A stretch of DNA of 64,000 nucleotides. Origin: Octopus sinensis. Its lineage: Eukaryota. Position numbers and translations under genes: made by a program. The stretch spans positions 64,356,001-64,420,000 of the forward strand of contig NC_043006.1 of assembly GCF_006345805.1 (NCBI RefSeq), given 5' to 3'. Positions 24,842 through 39,555 of the stretch are shown in pieces (positions within the stretch are counted from its first letter, which is position 1; every line of letters begins with the position of its first letter). The notes below the pieces were generated by a model. It saw only the letters and a program-made list of their open reading frames with translations, was not told the DNA's origin and ran no database searches.

Positions 24842-24990
24842 CACACAACAAGCTTCTTTCAGTTTCTGTCTACCAAATCTACTCACTTCTATGGTCTTGG
24901 CCCGTGGCTATATAAGAAAGCACTTGCCCATGATGCCATGTAGTAGGACTGAACTCGGAACCATGTGGTTGGGATGCAAACTCTTACCTG
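24560..24990 (-). mobile_element. SINE family A copy
   Basis: Reverse complement of family A with an internal (CA)/(TA) tract. Confidence 0.7.
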
Positions 24991-27105
24991 CAACTTATGT
25001 ATGATGATGATATACATTGACAACCTTCACTTGTTGTTTAGATAAGGGTATATATATATACACACACACACAAACAACCTTAAATATATCTTTGACCAAT
25101 TCATGCATGAAAAAACTGTTAAACAAACAGTTTATATATGTAGTTGTATGCAGTGTAATGATATCTATAAAATAGGTTTTAGTTAAATACTAGGGTGATC
25201 TAATTAACTATGCATCACACCCAGCATTTGAAGTCTTTCACCCATGTCTCAGTGTGTGTATGTCTCTGTATGTGTGTATGCATGTGCATGTTTATGAGTG
25301 TGTGTGCCGGCATGTACCTGTGTATTAACAGCCATCCATCGAACCTACAAATGGAGCAGGGTATGCTGGTAGCATGTCTAGACTCTTGATTCAAGGATTA
25401 TCAACTCTTTTGGCAAACCTTACACCTGGTTATCTCCATCAGACATCCTGACATTGCTTTTCCTCTAACTCAAATGAGAAAAACCTCATTTATAAGCATA
25501 AAGACAAACCCATTAGCATTTAAACTGATCATATCCATCCCAAATATTCTACCTTTTTAAGTTCAAAATGTCCAAATCCTTCTCACACATATTTTACAAT
25601 GTCATTCTAAAAATAAACAGTGACATAATTGAAATCTCGATTCTCAACCACATGGTTCTGGGTTCAGTCCCATTGTGTGGCACCTTCAGCAAATGTTTTC
25701 TGTAACCTCAGGCCAACCAAAGCCTTGTGAGTGGATTTGGTCAATGGAAACTGTAAGAAACCCATAGTGTGTGTGTGTTCTTTGTGTCTGTTTTTGTCCT
25801 CTATCACTGTTTGACAATCTGTTTTTGTGTTTACATCCCTGTAACTTAGCAGTTTGGCAAAAGTGAGTGACAATAAATACCAGGCTTGGGGGTGGAAAAA
25901 AAAAAACTGGGGGCGAATTCATTTGACTAAAATTTCATCAAGGCAGTACCCCAGCATGGTTGCAGTCTAATGACTGATACAAGTAAAACATAAAAAAAGC
26001 AATACATTTAACAGATTAATGTGAATACTAAAGAGTTATGCCCTGGCTAAATATTCTATTTCACTTTCTGTCACATTGTCAGGAACCACAGATACGTGCC
26101 ATTCCATATATATATGGTGCATGTTGTTGCTGTTATTGTTATGTAGCACCAAGTCTGGCATAGGTAGTTCATCAGAGAACTGTGTGCTCAACTGATCTAT
26201 ATCTTTGGCTATGCCATACCAGCATATATTGGAGGATCATACAGAGCTTTGACAGATGGCACTTGGCAGATGGACTGCCTATTGATTTGGACAGCTGTGA
26301 CTCTGACATATGTGTAGACATACATATATGCATGTATATACACATAGACACATGTGGTTGTTTATGTGTGTGTGTGTGTGTGTGTGTATAGATAGATGTA
26401 CACATACTTAGACACATGTATATATAAATATTGGTTTCAAATTCCAGCACAAAGCCAGCCATTTTGAGGTAAGTGTCTTCTACCATAGCCTTGGGCTGAC
26501 CAAAACCTTATGAGTGGATTTGGTAGATGGAAACTGAAAGAAGCCCATTTTATGTGCATGTGTGTATGTGTGTGTTACTGTCTCTCTGCCGTGTAGACAC
26601 ACATATATGCATGTATATACACATAGGCACATGTGGTTGTTTTTGTGTGTGTGTGTATATATACACATACTTAGACACGTGTATATATAAATATTGGATT
26701 CAAATTTCAGCACAAGGCCAGCAATTTCGATGGAAGGGGCTATGTCAATTAAACTAATTCCAGTGCTCAACTGGTACTTATTTTATCAACCCCAAAAGGA
26801 TGAAATGCAAAGTTGACCCTGGCATCATTTGAACTCAGAACATAAAAGCAGATGAAACATCACTAAGCATTTTTCCTAACAATTCTGCCAGTTTGCCGCC
26901 TTATACGTATCTACTGTAACAATACTCTTGTATATTTCTCTATCACAACATATGAATGAGAAATGAAGGAGGGACAGGGGAATAGGGAATGAAGGGGGGA
27001 TGGCAAACTTGGTAGTGGGGTGATGGAAGTTCTACGGTAAAAAAAAAGTCAGCATTTCAACTCTGCGTGAGTCTATATGTGTGTATGTAAAAGAGAGTTA
27101 TATGA

Positions 27106-27143
<38 letters not shown>

Positions 27144-27613
27144 AATGGAAGTGGGATGGTGAACATTCAATGCTGAAAAGAAAAATCAAACAGCGTTTCA
27201 ACTCTGTGTGAGTGTATGTGTGTGTGTGTACAAGGGAAGCAACTGAATGTTTGTGTGATTATTACGTACCTTATTTATATATAAAATACTAAAATTAGCT
27301 GTCATTTTTGATGGCACGGGGTCAGCTAGTATATAGATATTAACATATGCGCATGTGTGTCTCATCTTTATTGTTTTAACGTCCTCTTTCTCATGCCTGC
27401 ATGGATCAGATGGAATTTGCTAAGGTGGATTTTTTTACAGCCAGATGCCCTTCCTGTTCCCAACCCTCAACTGCTTTTAAGTTAAGGATAATTTTTCCCT
27501 ATGTTCTGACATGTTTTCCAGGAAGATTATAAATGAAGGATATTGATTCAATGATGGTGACACTTGGTTTAGAACTATCTTGCAAAGTCAAGGTAGAGAG
27601 AGAGAGAGAGAGA

Positions 27614-27654
<41 letters not shown>

Positions 27655-29061
27655 ACATATACACACATGCACACAAAATGGGCTTCTTTCAGTTTCCATC
27701 TATCAAATCCACTCATAAGGCTTTGGTCAGCTCAAGGCTATGGTAGAAGACACTTGCCCAATGTGCCATGTAGTGAGACTCAACCCCAAACCCTGTGGCT
27801 GGGGAGGGAACTTCTTACCACACAGCCACAAGCAATATTGCAAGCGAAGACAGGTTAAATAATTCAGATGTTTAACCCATATAATCCCATAAAAAATGAA
27901 GTCTTAAAATTACACTGTATTTAGATTAAATATTATAGTAAGCTTTCACAATCTGGAAGAGAAGGACAGTATGCAACTGTTAGCTATGGGTGTCGACTCC
28001 CTCCGGAACATTTCGTGTGCTCGGTCAAATGCTTCCTGGTGAGTTCATGTCCAAACAAGCAGGAGCAGGTTTTGCAGTACAAAAACACAACCAGGGGTAT
28101 ATATGGGTTAACTCAGGAAGCAGCTCCAAGAAATTGTATGAAGGCAATTTTCTCCTATAGAAACTCAGGTTTTGAACAAACAAAAAAAAATCCATAAGTT
28201 TTACTTTTGTCACAGAGTTTAAATAATAATAAAAGTGGAGTTTATGGAATTACATTTATCCCACTGTAAATACTATAAACTGAACTCTTCACTTATTATT
28301 ATTATTATTATTATTATAGAATATTAGAGAGAGAAAGAAAGAAAGAGATGTGGGCGTATACATATCATTTCTTCATTTAATGATGTTGATACATACACAT
28401 GTCTCTTTCTCATATATATATATATACACACACACATGCATATATGTTTGGTATGTATACATACATACACACACACACACATGTAGAAAAATGTGTCCAT
28501 GCATATTCATGTCTTACATTACCATTTGATGTCCTCTCAAATAAGATTGAATAAATAAAACAAGACTCCAATTTGTTCCACACACACATACACGCACACA
28601 CACATTCTGTCAACTTCTATGGCATTCCTTTACACATTCTTCAAGACAGTCTTCAGCATATTAAAATGATGTTCCAGTTGGTAAAATTACCAGGTTTCCT
28701 CCAGTATTTCCTCTTGTCTAATGAAATGAAATAAAGAAAACAGGTGGGCAATGAAGACTTCGTTCATCATTCTCTTGGCTAGTGCTGTTAGCATGGAAAT
28801 GTGATTTGACATAATGGTATGGTTATTGTTGTAGTTGGTGTGGGATAGTGGTAGTGATGATTGTGGTTGCAATAGTGTAATAGTGCAGTGGTGTGCTAGT
28901 TTCAGGTATTTGTAGTAATTGTGGTGCACTGGGAGTGTACTGATTGCAGTAACTGTAGTAGTGGCGTTTGCAGTTGTTGGAATGTAGTTTGTTGTTGTCT
29001 TTTTAACTGTTTTCTCTATCCATTTACATTTTTATCTTTGTGTGTGTGTGTGTGAGAGAGA

Positions 29062-29128
<67 letters not shown>

Positions 29129-29962
29129 GGGCTGATTCATTCAACTAAAAATTCTTTAAGGCAGTTCCCTATCATGGCCACAGTGTAATGAGTGAAACAA
29201 GTAAAAGAAAAAGAAATATGTATGTGTCTGTCTGTTTGTCTTTCTCACCCTCCCCCCTCTCTCCACACATTTCTATCTCTGTCTCTTATGCTGCAGTATT
29301 CGAAGTCATTTAATCTGTGTGTGTGTGTGTGTGTACTTATTCCTGGTGTCTATTTCATCGGAAATGGACAAGTTAGGTGCAGCAGTAAGAACTGAAATCA
29401 AAGATGGTGAAGAATGATTCTGAGATTCTAGAAAAGGAAGAAGACAATCACAATGTTCATGAGGGTGGAGGAGGAGGAGGAGGAGGTGGTGGAATGATGG
29501 TGGCTGGTTATAGGATACATGACGCTAGTGACAGCAGTTAATATGATCATGGTGATGATGATGATGATGACAACAGTGGTATTGATGTGGCTGAAAGATG
29601 TTGACAATGATAGCAATCAGAATGATGCTGACTGTGATTAATTATAAATGAAATGATAAAAGAAGAGGAAGAAAGTGAATTCAAAAATGGAAATTAAACA
29701 TGGCAGCTGTTGAAGAGAGAAAGAAAGACAATGGAACAAGTAAAAAAAATAAAGAAGAAAAAAATAAACCAGTTGTGTTTATTGTTCTCTGCAATTCGCT
29801 GTGACTCTGTGTGATTCTCATGTCCAATATGTTGTTGCTGCTGTTTCTGGTGTTCTTTGAAATTAAGAGTCTTTGAGTGTTGAAAACAGCTGTTTACATT
29901 TGTGTTGCATTTATTTTGGTTCAATTATTTATTATTAGAAACGAAAACAATTTAAAATGAAC

Positions 29963-30360
29963 ATGGCTGTATGGTAAGAAGTTTGCTTCCCAACCACATG
30001 GTTCTGGGTTCAGTCCCACTGCATGGCACCTTGGGCAAATGTCTTCTACTATAGCTTCAGGCTGACCAAAGCCTTGTGAGTGGATTTGGTAGACGGAAAC
30101 TGAAAGAAACCCGTCGTATATATATATATATACACACATGTATGCGTGTATTTGTGTTCGTGTTTGTCCCCCCAACCATCGCTTGACAACTGATGTTGGC
30201 ATGTGTACATCCCAATAACTTAGCAGTTCAGCAAAGGAGACCGCTATAGTAAGTACTAGGCTTACAAAGAATAAGTCATGGGGGCGATTTGTTCAACTAT
30301 AGGTGGTGCTCCAGTATGACCGCAGTCAAATGACTGAAACTAGTAAAAGAATAAAAGAAT
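29963..30360 (+). mobile_element. SINE family A copy
   Basis: Full head-to-tail match to the 4701-5100 type. Confidence 0.75.
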
Positions 30361-30842
30361 ATGTATACACTCATAATATGTGTACATCTTTGTATCTGTG
30401 TTTGTTCCCCACTACTGCTTGATAACTGGTGTTGGTGTGTTTATGTCCCCGTAACTCAATGTTTCAGCAAAAAAAAAAAAGCCAATAGAATAAATAACAG
30501 ATTTAAAAAAGGCTAAGTAGTGGGGTTGCCCCAGCATGGCCACAGTCTAATGACTGAAACAAGTAAGAAATAAAACAGAAACAAACAAACAAAGCAACAC
30601 TCCATCGCCCCTTCATCATTCCACTAATTCAAAAATGGAAATTAAACATGGCAGTTGTTGAAGAGAGAAAGAAAGACAAAGGAACAAAAAAAAAATAAAG
30701 AAGAAAAAATAAACCAGGTTGACTTTGCATTTCATCTTTTTGGGATGATAAATTAAGTACCAGTGAAACACTGGGATTGATGTAATCAACTAGTCCCCTC
30801 TCCTCAAAAGTTTCAGGCCTTGTGCCTCTAGTAGAAAGGATG

Positions 30843-30878
<36 letters not shown>

Positions 30879-31040
30879 TTATTATTATTATTTATTATTT
30901 TATTATTTTATTTTATTATTTTATTATTTTATTATTATTATTATTATTATTATATTATTATTATTAATTATTATTATTATTAATTATTATTAATTATTAT
31001 TATTATATTATTATTATTAAGAAGAAGAAGAAGAAGAAGA
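30843..31040. repeat. (TTA)n tract followed by (GAA)n
   Basis: Direct reading. Confidence 0.95.
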
Positions 31041-32106
31041 AGGCTGTGAGCTGACAAAATTGTTACTGTGCCGGGCAGCATTTCATTAATTTTTACGCTT
31101 TAAGTTCAAATTCTTCCAAGGTCAACTTCACCTGCCATCCTTTGGGGCTGGACAAAATAAGTACCAGTTGAACACCAGGGTCAATGTAATTAACTAGTCT
31201 GTTTCCTCGAAATTGCTGGTCTTGTGCCAAAATTTGAAATCAATGTTAAACAAACTGTTTGAAATTGAGAAATATTTGTTTGTTTTTTTTTTCTTTTGTG
31301 TGAGTGGTTTAGTGAAACAGGTGGATGTAAAAGTGATAGGAGTAGAGTGGATGTGGAACTAATTGTATAGAACAGGTGTCTTAGCTAGCTGATCCTGGTA
31401 GGCTGACATGTTAGCTAGTAGCTATAGTGTAACAGTATGGACTGATTAAAAGCCCAAGGCAAGAAGCTTGAAGTGTGTGTGGGTGTGTGCAAGGGTATGT
31501 GTCTGTGTTTAAAGCTATATATGTATGTGTGTGAGTGTGTGTATATAGTGCATGAGATTGGTGTATGCACATGTGTGTGAGGATTAAGTCTTTGTGTTTG
31601 AGGGCATGTATGTGTGTTTAAAGGTATATGTATGTGTGAGAGTGTATTTATTTGTGTGTGTGTGTGGATATCTATTTTTTTGTAAGTGTATGCATGTGTG
31701 TATGAGCATATGTCTTTGCTGTAGTTGTTTGTGTGTGTGTGTGTGTGTGTGAAACAAAGAGTGATGGAGAGAGGAGAAAGAAAGATGGTGAACTTCGGTC
31801 ATGTGAGAAAGAGAGGGAGAGAGGTAAGTAAGGGAATGTGAGAAACAACAAAGTGTTTGATGTGAAATAAGTCAGTGTTGAATTAGCCAAACAGGCTGTG
31901 CCAAAATGTCCATTACCCCCCCCCACACACACACACACCCTATAGGGGATAGTGATATGAGCAATTTAACAAATAGAGAGAGAAAGACACACATACATAC
32001 AATGTTAATGCTATAAAGAAGTGATGAGTTGCTAGAAGCTATGTTTCCGACACAGGTTCAAATCACATTTCTATTGTTGTTTTGCTTTGCTTGTTTCTTC
32101 TAACGG

Positions 32107-32390
32107 TGAAGGCGCATGGCTTAGTGGTTAGGGCATTCAGCTCACAATCGTACAGTCGTGAGTTCAATTCCCGGTGATGCATTGTGCCCTTGAGCAAGAC
32201 ACTTTATTTCATATCACTCCAGTCCACTCAGCTGGCAAAAATGAGATGTACCTGTATTTCAAAAGGGCGAGCCTTGTCACACTCTGTATCACGCTGAATC
32301 TATCTGAGAACTACATTAAGGGTACACATGTCTGTGGAGTACTCAACCACTTGCACGTTAATTTCACAAGCAAGTTGTTCCATTGATCAT
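32107..32390 (+). mobile_element. tRNA-derived CORE-type SINE
   Basis: ggcgcatggcttagtggttag (box A), gagttcaattccc (box B), ccttgagcaagacacttt (CORE-like); relatives at ~10340-10570(-), 32885-33110, 50170-50320(-) and 56550-56800(-). Confidence 0.7.
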
Positions 32391-33453
32391 ATCAACTGGA
32401 TCCCTCATCATCATAACTCATAGAGTGCCAGTTTTTTTTTTTGTTTAGTATTTCTTCTAACTGTAATTTCTTGCCATAGACAAAAGTCTGGATAGTTGTT
32501 GGTTTCCCAACCTTCAAAAGCCAGTGAGGGTGTCAAACATAAGGCCCACAAACCAGGCCCAGCCTGTACCAATGTTTAGTTTGGTCTCCTGTTCAATTTT
32601 GAAGAAAAGTTTCATTGTCAATTTTTTTTAAATAGTCTGTAAAACTATTGAACATGTGTCACCTTAGTGATTACAATATTGCACACACACACACACACTT
32701 TCAAGATCACTGTTTCAATTCCCAGGCTGGGTGGTGTTTTGTGTTCTTGAGCAAAACATGCCATCTTGCTCCAGTCCAGTCAGCTGTAGCTGAGTAACCC
32801 TGCAACCCATTACAATCTGAGTTCAAATCTTGCCAAGGCTAACTTTCATCACTTATTGCTGGGTGGGGTCAATAACAGTTCAAATTGGCCCAGTGGTTAG
32901 GGTGTTGCACTCATGATTGCAAGATCATTGTTTTGATTCCCAGACCAGGCATTGCATTGTATTCTTGAGCAAAACACTTCATTTCACGTTGGCTCAGTAC
33001 ACTCAGCTGTAAATGAGTAAATTTGCAACAAACTTGTGTCCCATTCAGAGATGCGTATTACACACCATGGAAACTAGGTAACTGGCCCTATGAGTTCTCA
33101 GGTTTGAGCCACTAGTGTCCAGAAGTTGGTGATGATGATGATGATGATGATGATACAGATGTTCGGAATCAGAGCTGAACTAGAGTCATAAATAATCCTG
33201 GTTCATCATCATCTCGTTTAACATCTGCTTTCCATGCTGGCATGAGTTGGTTCCTCTGAATCGAATCTGTACAACCCAAGGAATCTTTTGTTCTCTCAAC
33301 CAATGAAATCAAAGCTTATGAATCCCTTTGCTAAAACATGGGATCTATCGTTTTATCTCCCCCCCCCACTTCATGTCGAATGAAGTAGAAGTTATTTATT
33401 TTAGAAAGATTTACCGAAGTTAAATATTTCTTGTTTTGTCTTTATTTCAGATA

Positions 33454-33670
33454 ATGGATTCCTACGAAGAAGGCGAAAATCCCAGTAACCTGAAGGGTTT
33501 CACAGTCTCAGTGGTTTTCAGTCAATTATTGGGCCTGGTTTTGATAGTTTTGTTATCTTTCTGGCTCGGTCATTATCGTGGAGGTTTTGCTTGGCAGACA
33601 GATCTCAACCTACAATTCAACTACCACCCACTCTTCATGGTTATTGGTTTCATCTTGATTAATGCAGAAG
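33454..33670 (+). CDS. CYB561-like: cytochrome b561 coding exon 1 (MDSYEEGENP...FNYHPLFMVIGFILINAE)
   Basis: Acceptor ttttgtctttatttcAG at 33449-50, ATG at 33454, donor GTAAGT at 33671 (phase 1). The upstream acceptor implies an unseen 5' UTR exon. Confidence 0.93.
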
Positions 33671-34718
33671 GTAAGTTGATGTACATAACTTCCCAATTAT
33701 TTTGTGTGTGTGTGTGTGTGATGTTCACCTCAACCCTTTAGCATTTAGATTACTCTGTCAAATGCATTCACATTATTTTGAATTAATCATGCATTATCTC
33801 CTGGCTTTGAAATTTTGATGATGTGATTGTTTATTTTTAGAATAACATTGTAGGACAGGTGTGAGGGTGTGAGAGGCCATGTATACTAAGTATGTGTGTG
33901 TGTATGTATATATATATATGTGTGTGTGTGTGTATAACATTTCTCTCTCCATCTGTTTTCTCTGTTTACCCCTTTCTGTAAAAGAGCATAGGCTTGAAAT
34001 GTCAAAGACTTTCCAGCTTTCCTGAGTGTCAAACTAATACAGCTTACCTGTTGTTTCCTCACCTGTCTCTGTCCTTTTGTTTTAGTTTTTTCAATTTGTG
34101 TTCAATTTGTGTGTGTGTGTGTATTAGGCTGCAGTTGTCAAGAGCAGTTTCTCTTCCCATCGAGGGTGGGTGTCCAGTGTATGCTGGTGACCCAACAGTG
34201 AAAACCATTTCATCTCATGTTCATATAACTTGCTATTAAAACTGTGATATGTACAGAATGATTTAGATATTGTATACACACACCAGTGCCGCATAACCAG
34301 CCCATTTAAAAAGTACCTTTGAATTGTCGGGCGACACACTATGCTTGAGGAGACCCATTGAGTCAAAATCAAATCACAATCAAAATGGAAATTGTTGTTG
34401 TGGCCGATGCCAGTGCTGCCTGACTGGCTCTCGTGTGGGTGGCATGCAATAAACACCATTTATGCATGGGTCGTTGCCAGTGGCGCCTGACTGGCTCCCA
34501 TGCTGGTGTCATGTAAAAAACACCATCCAAACGTGGTCGATGCCAGCCTCCCCCCAACCCCAGTACACTCTCGGAGTGGTTGGCGTTAGAAAGAGCATCC
34601 AGCTGTAGAAACCTTGCCAGATCAGGTTGGAGCTTGGTGCAGCCTCCTGGCTTGCCAGTCTTCAGTCAAACTGTCCAACTCATGCCAGCATGGAAAACGG
34701 ATGTTAAACAATGGTGAT

Positions 34719-34750
<32 letters not shown>

Positions 34751-37700
34751 GCATGTAGACCATAAATATATAAATGTACAAACACATACATGTTGGCAAA
34801 GTAAACCTTCATATATACAACTCAATATAGTCTCTGTTAGAAGCAATGTGTTTGCCCCCTCGTTGAACCCAACTTTTGAACTGTACCCATCTCTTCACAG
34901 TGACTTTCATGAAATCATTTTACCTGAAAACTGTTCTTCATTTGACCAAAAACTCACAAGCCGGAGCGCATCAGAAGATCTAGTCTGTTGAGTGGATGGG
35001 AAACCACTTACCAACTGAATTCTCTGCTTGTTTTTGTCGTTGCTATTATGAATGTGAATCATTTTCAGATTCTTGGTCTGTTCCTTCCTCCTAATGGTTT
35101 CTCTCAACTTTTTGCATGTTTCAATATAATGTTCACTGCTCATTGCAGAAAATCAAGGAGAATGATGCTCTTGTCATCCTTGCCAAACACTCACCATTAC
35201 TTTCTACACTGACCATTGGCTTTTGAAATTCTCTTAGAGAAGAGATATGATACCATTCCATGGAATGAGCCCCATTTCCTCTCCTGAAATTAGTAAAATA
35301 CATCTTCATTTGCTCCTAATGCTTGTATTATGCAAATATTTTTCTCTCAATCTAACTATTGAACTTTTTTCTCCTTCTTTTCAGCTCTTATGACCTACCG
35401 AGTGTTTCGGAATCAGCAGAAATACTGCATCAAGGTGTTGCATGGTGTCATGCAAATAGCATCTCTAGTTTTTGCCATTGTTGGCATCAAAGCAGTGTTT
35501 GACACTCACAACTTGGCTCAGACCCCGATACCTAACATGTATACTTTGCATTCCTGGCTCGGTTTAACTACCGTCCTTTTGTTTTCATTGCAGGTTTGTT
35601 AATAATTCTATTTTCCCCCATTTTTTCTTCTGTGGGTGGTTAAGAAGCCCCTTTTGCAATCCTGTTGTTTCGGGTTCAGTCCCACTGCTCCACATCTTGG
35701 CCAAGTGTCTTCTACTGTAGCCGCAAGCCAACTAGTGACAGACTGTTTTGGTAGATGGAAACTGTGTGGAAACCCAGGCGTTTGGCAATATGCTGTGATT
35801 GAGAAGATGACCCATCAAGCCAAGTGAAATTGTCATGGCAGATACTGGTGTCATGCAACTGGTACCCATGCCAATGACACATAAAAGCACCCATTACAGT
35901 CTGTAGAAACCATGCTAAATCAGACTGGAGTCTGGTGCAGCCCCTCAGCTTTCCAGCCCTGGTCAGACCATCCAACCCATGCCAGCATGGACAACAGACA
36001 CTAAATGATGATCATGATATGTATTTATATGTGTGTGTGTGTTTGTTCCCCACCCCTCCATCATATGACAACCGACATGGTTTGTTTATGTCCCTTTAAC
36101 ACATGAATTTAGCAAAAGAGACCAATAGATTAAATGCCAATCTTATGAATAAGTATGGTGGGAAGGTTGTCCAGCCCATCAAGGCTGTGCTCAAGCATGG
36201 CCGCAGTCCAATGAGTGAAGTACATAAAATATGTGTTAAAAGTGCTATGTTTCACTGAAACATGCTATTTACTGCTTTTCCCGCTTTTTTCTGTTCTCAA
36301 GCATGGACTCTGCCCTGTCAATCTTCTCTCCCGCCACACACATGCACTTTTCATCCCCAACTTGTAAAAAAACACCCTGTACACTTTGTAAAGTGGTTGG
36401 CATTAGGAAGGGCATCTAGCTACCGAAACCATGCCAAAACAGACAATGAAACCCAGTGCATCTCCTGGCCTTGCCAGCTCCTATCAACCCATGCCAGCAT
36501 GAAAAACAGACGTTGATGATGATGATGATGATATCATAATGTTGCCTAACAAATCTCTAGACATGTTTGGTATGTTCATTATAACAATTCTTTCTAATCT
36601 TTGGCATGAATCCATCAATTTTGAAAGGAGGGGGCAAGCTGGTTATCGATTCCTGTATTTGACTGGTACTTTATTAAAAAGTGCAGTTTGCATGGAACAG
36701 TAGTGCCACCTGGTGCTGTCATATTGCACTTTATTATAGCAGTGTAGATATCATGGAATCTGGTGTTACAGTCCTCCCCTACATAGTTTCTTTGTGATAG
36801 CAAAGAAACACTCAGCTGTTGCATTGCAGTACATAATAAGTGACTGTTGTACTACTGGATGTGTTACCATACTGCCAGCACTGGGTGCACCATGCCAAAA
36901 AGTACTACACATGTGACATCCATGATGAGATCTGTCTCTTACTTATGCAAAATTTCCTGCTGCACTCCAGAATGCAACATATCATTCTACATAGCACAAC
37001 AGTGCTGTGCAATACAACACAGTCCTGTACAATCCAAGAATGCACAATGATGCATAAAACAACACTCTAATGACATTGCACTGTACAATACAACGCTGCT
37101 CATTATAGCACTGCACAACACTGCACATTAAACCTTACCTTGCACAAAGCTGCACATAACAGCATTGTAAATTATGACACCACAACACAGCACTACATTG
37201 CACAATGTAATGCTCTATTGCTCAGCAATACACATACCATCAAACATTGCACATTCCCTACCCAAGACTGCGCATTGCAATCCAATGCTGCCCAACACCA
37301 CATTGTTTATTTTACAACTCTTGATTTTTAATGAAGATTTTCTCATCTCATTGCAGGTTGTTGTTGCATTTTTTAGTTTCTTGTGGCCTGGTATCAGCTA
37401 TAATTTGCGAGAACAGTTGATGCCCATCCATACTTTCATTGGAAAGGCCATTCTGGTAATGGCAGCGATTTCATGCTTGACCGGCATGACTGAGAAGGCA
37501 ATTTTCGCTTTGTAAGTATCCAATGGATTGTGGAGAATTTTAGCTGTTATAATTTTATTTGTGTGTGTGTATGTGTGTGTGCACAGACATGGCTATGTGG
37601 TAAGAGGTTTGCTTCCCAACAACATGTTTCCAGGTTCAGTCCCACTGCGTGGTCATTTGAGCAGGTGCCTTCTACTATAGCCTCAGGCCAACCAAAGCCT

Positions 37701-37794
37701 TGTGAAAATATTTGGTAGATGGAAACTGAAAGGAACCCATTTTGTGTGTGTATCTGTGTGTGTGTGTGTGTGCATGTGTGTCTGTCTGTCTGTC

Positions 37795-37861
<67 letters not shown>

Positions 37862-38640
37862 TATACCTATGTCTGTATGTACATATGTATATATAGATAT
37901 ATGAATATATATATATGTGTGTGTGTACATATATATATATATGAAGAGTACAGTGAATTTGGTATGTAAGAAGCCCCCAGCACACTTTGCTAAGTGTTTG
38001 GCATTAGAAAGGGCATCCTGCTGTAGAAACCATGCCACAACTGGAGTCTAGACAGCTCCCTGCTAGCCAGCATGGAAAGGGGACATTAAACGATGATGAT
38101 GGACATGGCATTAGAAAGGGCATCCAGCCATGTAAACCATTCCAAAGCAGATTCTAGAGCTTGGTGCTGTCTTCTGAATTGCCATCTCCTGTCAAACTGT
38201 ACAACCTGTGCCAGCACGGAAAACAGATTTTAACCCTTTCGTTACCAACCTGGCTGAAACTGGCTCTGGCTTTGAGTACAAATGTCTTGTTTCCATAAGT
38301 TTTGAATTAAAATCTTCCACCAAAACCTTAGTCACAATTTATGTTCCTAATGCCAGCTTAATGATAACTAAGTCACTTTACTAAATTCTTTGTTATATTT
38401 AAAGTAATTGAAAGAAACACAGCATCTCAAAATAAATACGGTAATAAAAGGATTAAATGATGATGACATACACAAACATTATATATATAAGAGTGGCTGT
38501 GTGGTAAGAAGCTTACTTTCCAATCACATGGCTCCGGTTTCAGTCCCACTGCTTGGCACCTTGGACAAATGTTTTCTGCTATTGCCTCGAGCCAACCGAA
38601 GCCTTGTTAGTGGATTTGGTAGACAGAAACTGAAAGAAGC

Positions 38641-38689
<49 letters not shown>

Positions 38690-39499
38690 TATATATATTA
38701 TATATATATATGAGTATACCTATGTCTGTATGTACATATGTATATATAGATATATGAATATATATATATGTGTGTGTGTACATATATATATATATATGAA
38801 GAGTACAGTGAATTTGGTATGTAAGAAGCCCCCAGCACACTTTGCTAAGTGTTTGGCATTAGAAAGGGCATCCTGCTGTAGAAACCATGCCACAACTGGA
38901 GTCTAGACAGCTCCCTGCTAGCCAGCATGGAAAGGGGACATTAAACGATGATGATGGACATGGCATTAGAAAGGGCATCCAGCCATGTAAACCATTCCAA
39001 AGCAGATTCTAGAGCTTGGTGCTGTCTTCTGAATTGCCATCTCCTGTCAAACTGTACAACCTGTGCCAGCACGGAAAACAGATTTTAACCCTTTCGTTAC
39101 CAACCGGCTGAAACTGGCTCTGGCTTTGAGTACAAATGTCTTGTTTCCATAAGTTTTGAATTAAAATCTTCCACCAAAACCTTAGTCACAATTTATGTTC
39201 CTAATGCCAGCTTAATGATAACTAAGTCACTTTACTAAATTCTTTGTTATATTTAAAGTAATTGAAAGAAACACAGCATCTCAAAATAAATACGGTAATA
39301 AAAGGATTAAATGATGATGACATACACAAACATTATATATATAAGAGTGGCTGTGTGGTAAGAAGCTTACTTTCCAATCACATGGCTCCGGTTTCAGTCC
39401 CACTGCTTGGCACCTTGGACAAATGTTTTCTGCTATTGCCTCGAGCCAACCGAAGCCTTGTTAGTGGATTTGATAGACAGAAACTGAAAGAAGCCCATC

Positions 39500-39555
<56 letters not shown>

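Larger units (their letters stand above)
37800..39500 (+). repeat. ~854-bp near-identical tandem duplication in cytochrome b561 intron 3
   Basis: Anchors at 37860/38712 and 38491/39345; junctions lie in (TA)n tracts inside SINEs. Confidence 0.85.

Noticed and set aside
32107-32180. tRNA gene
   Set aside because: Box A/B head continues into SINE core sequence; no cloverleaf or Pol III terminator.
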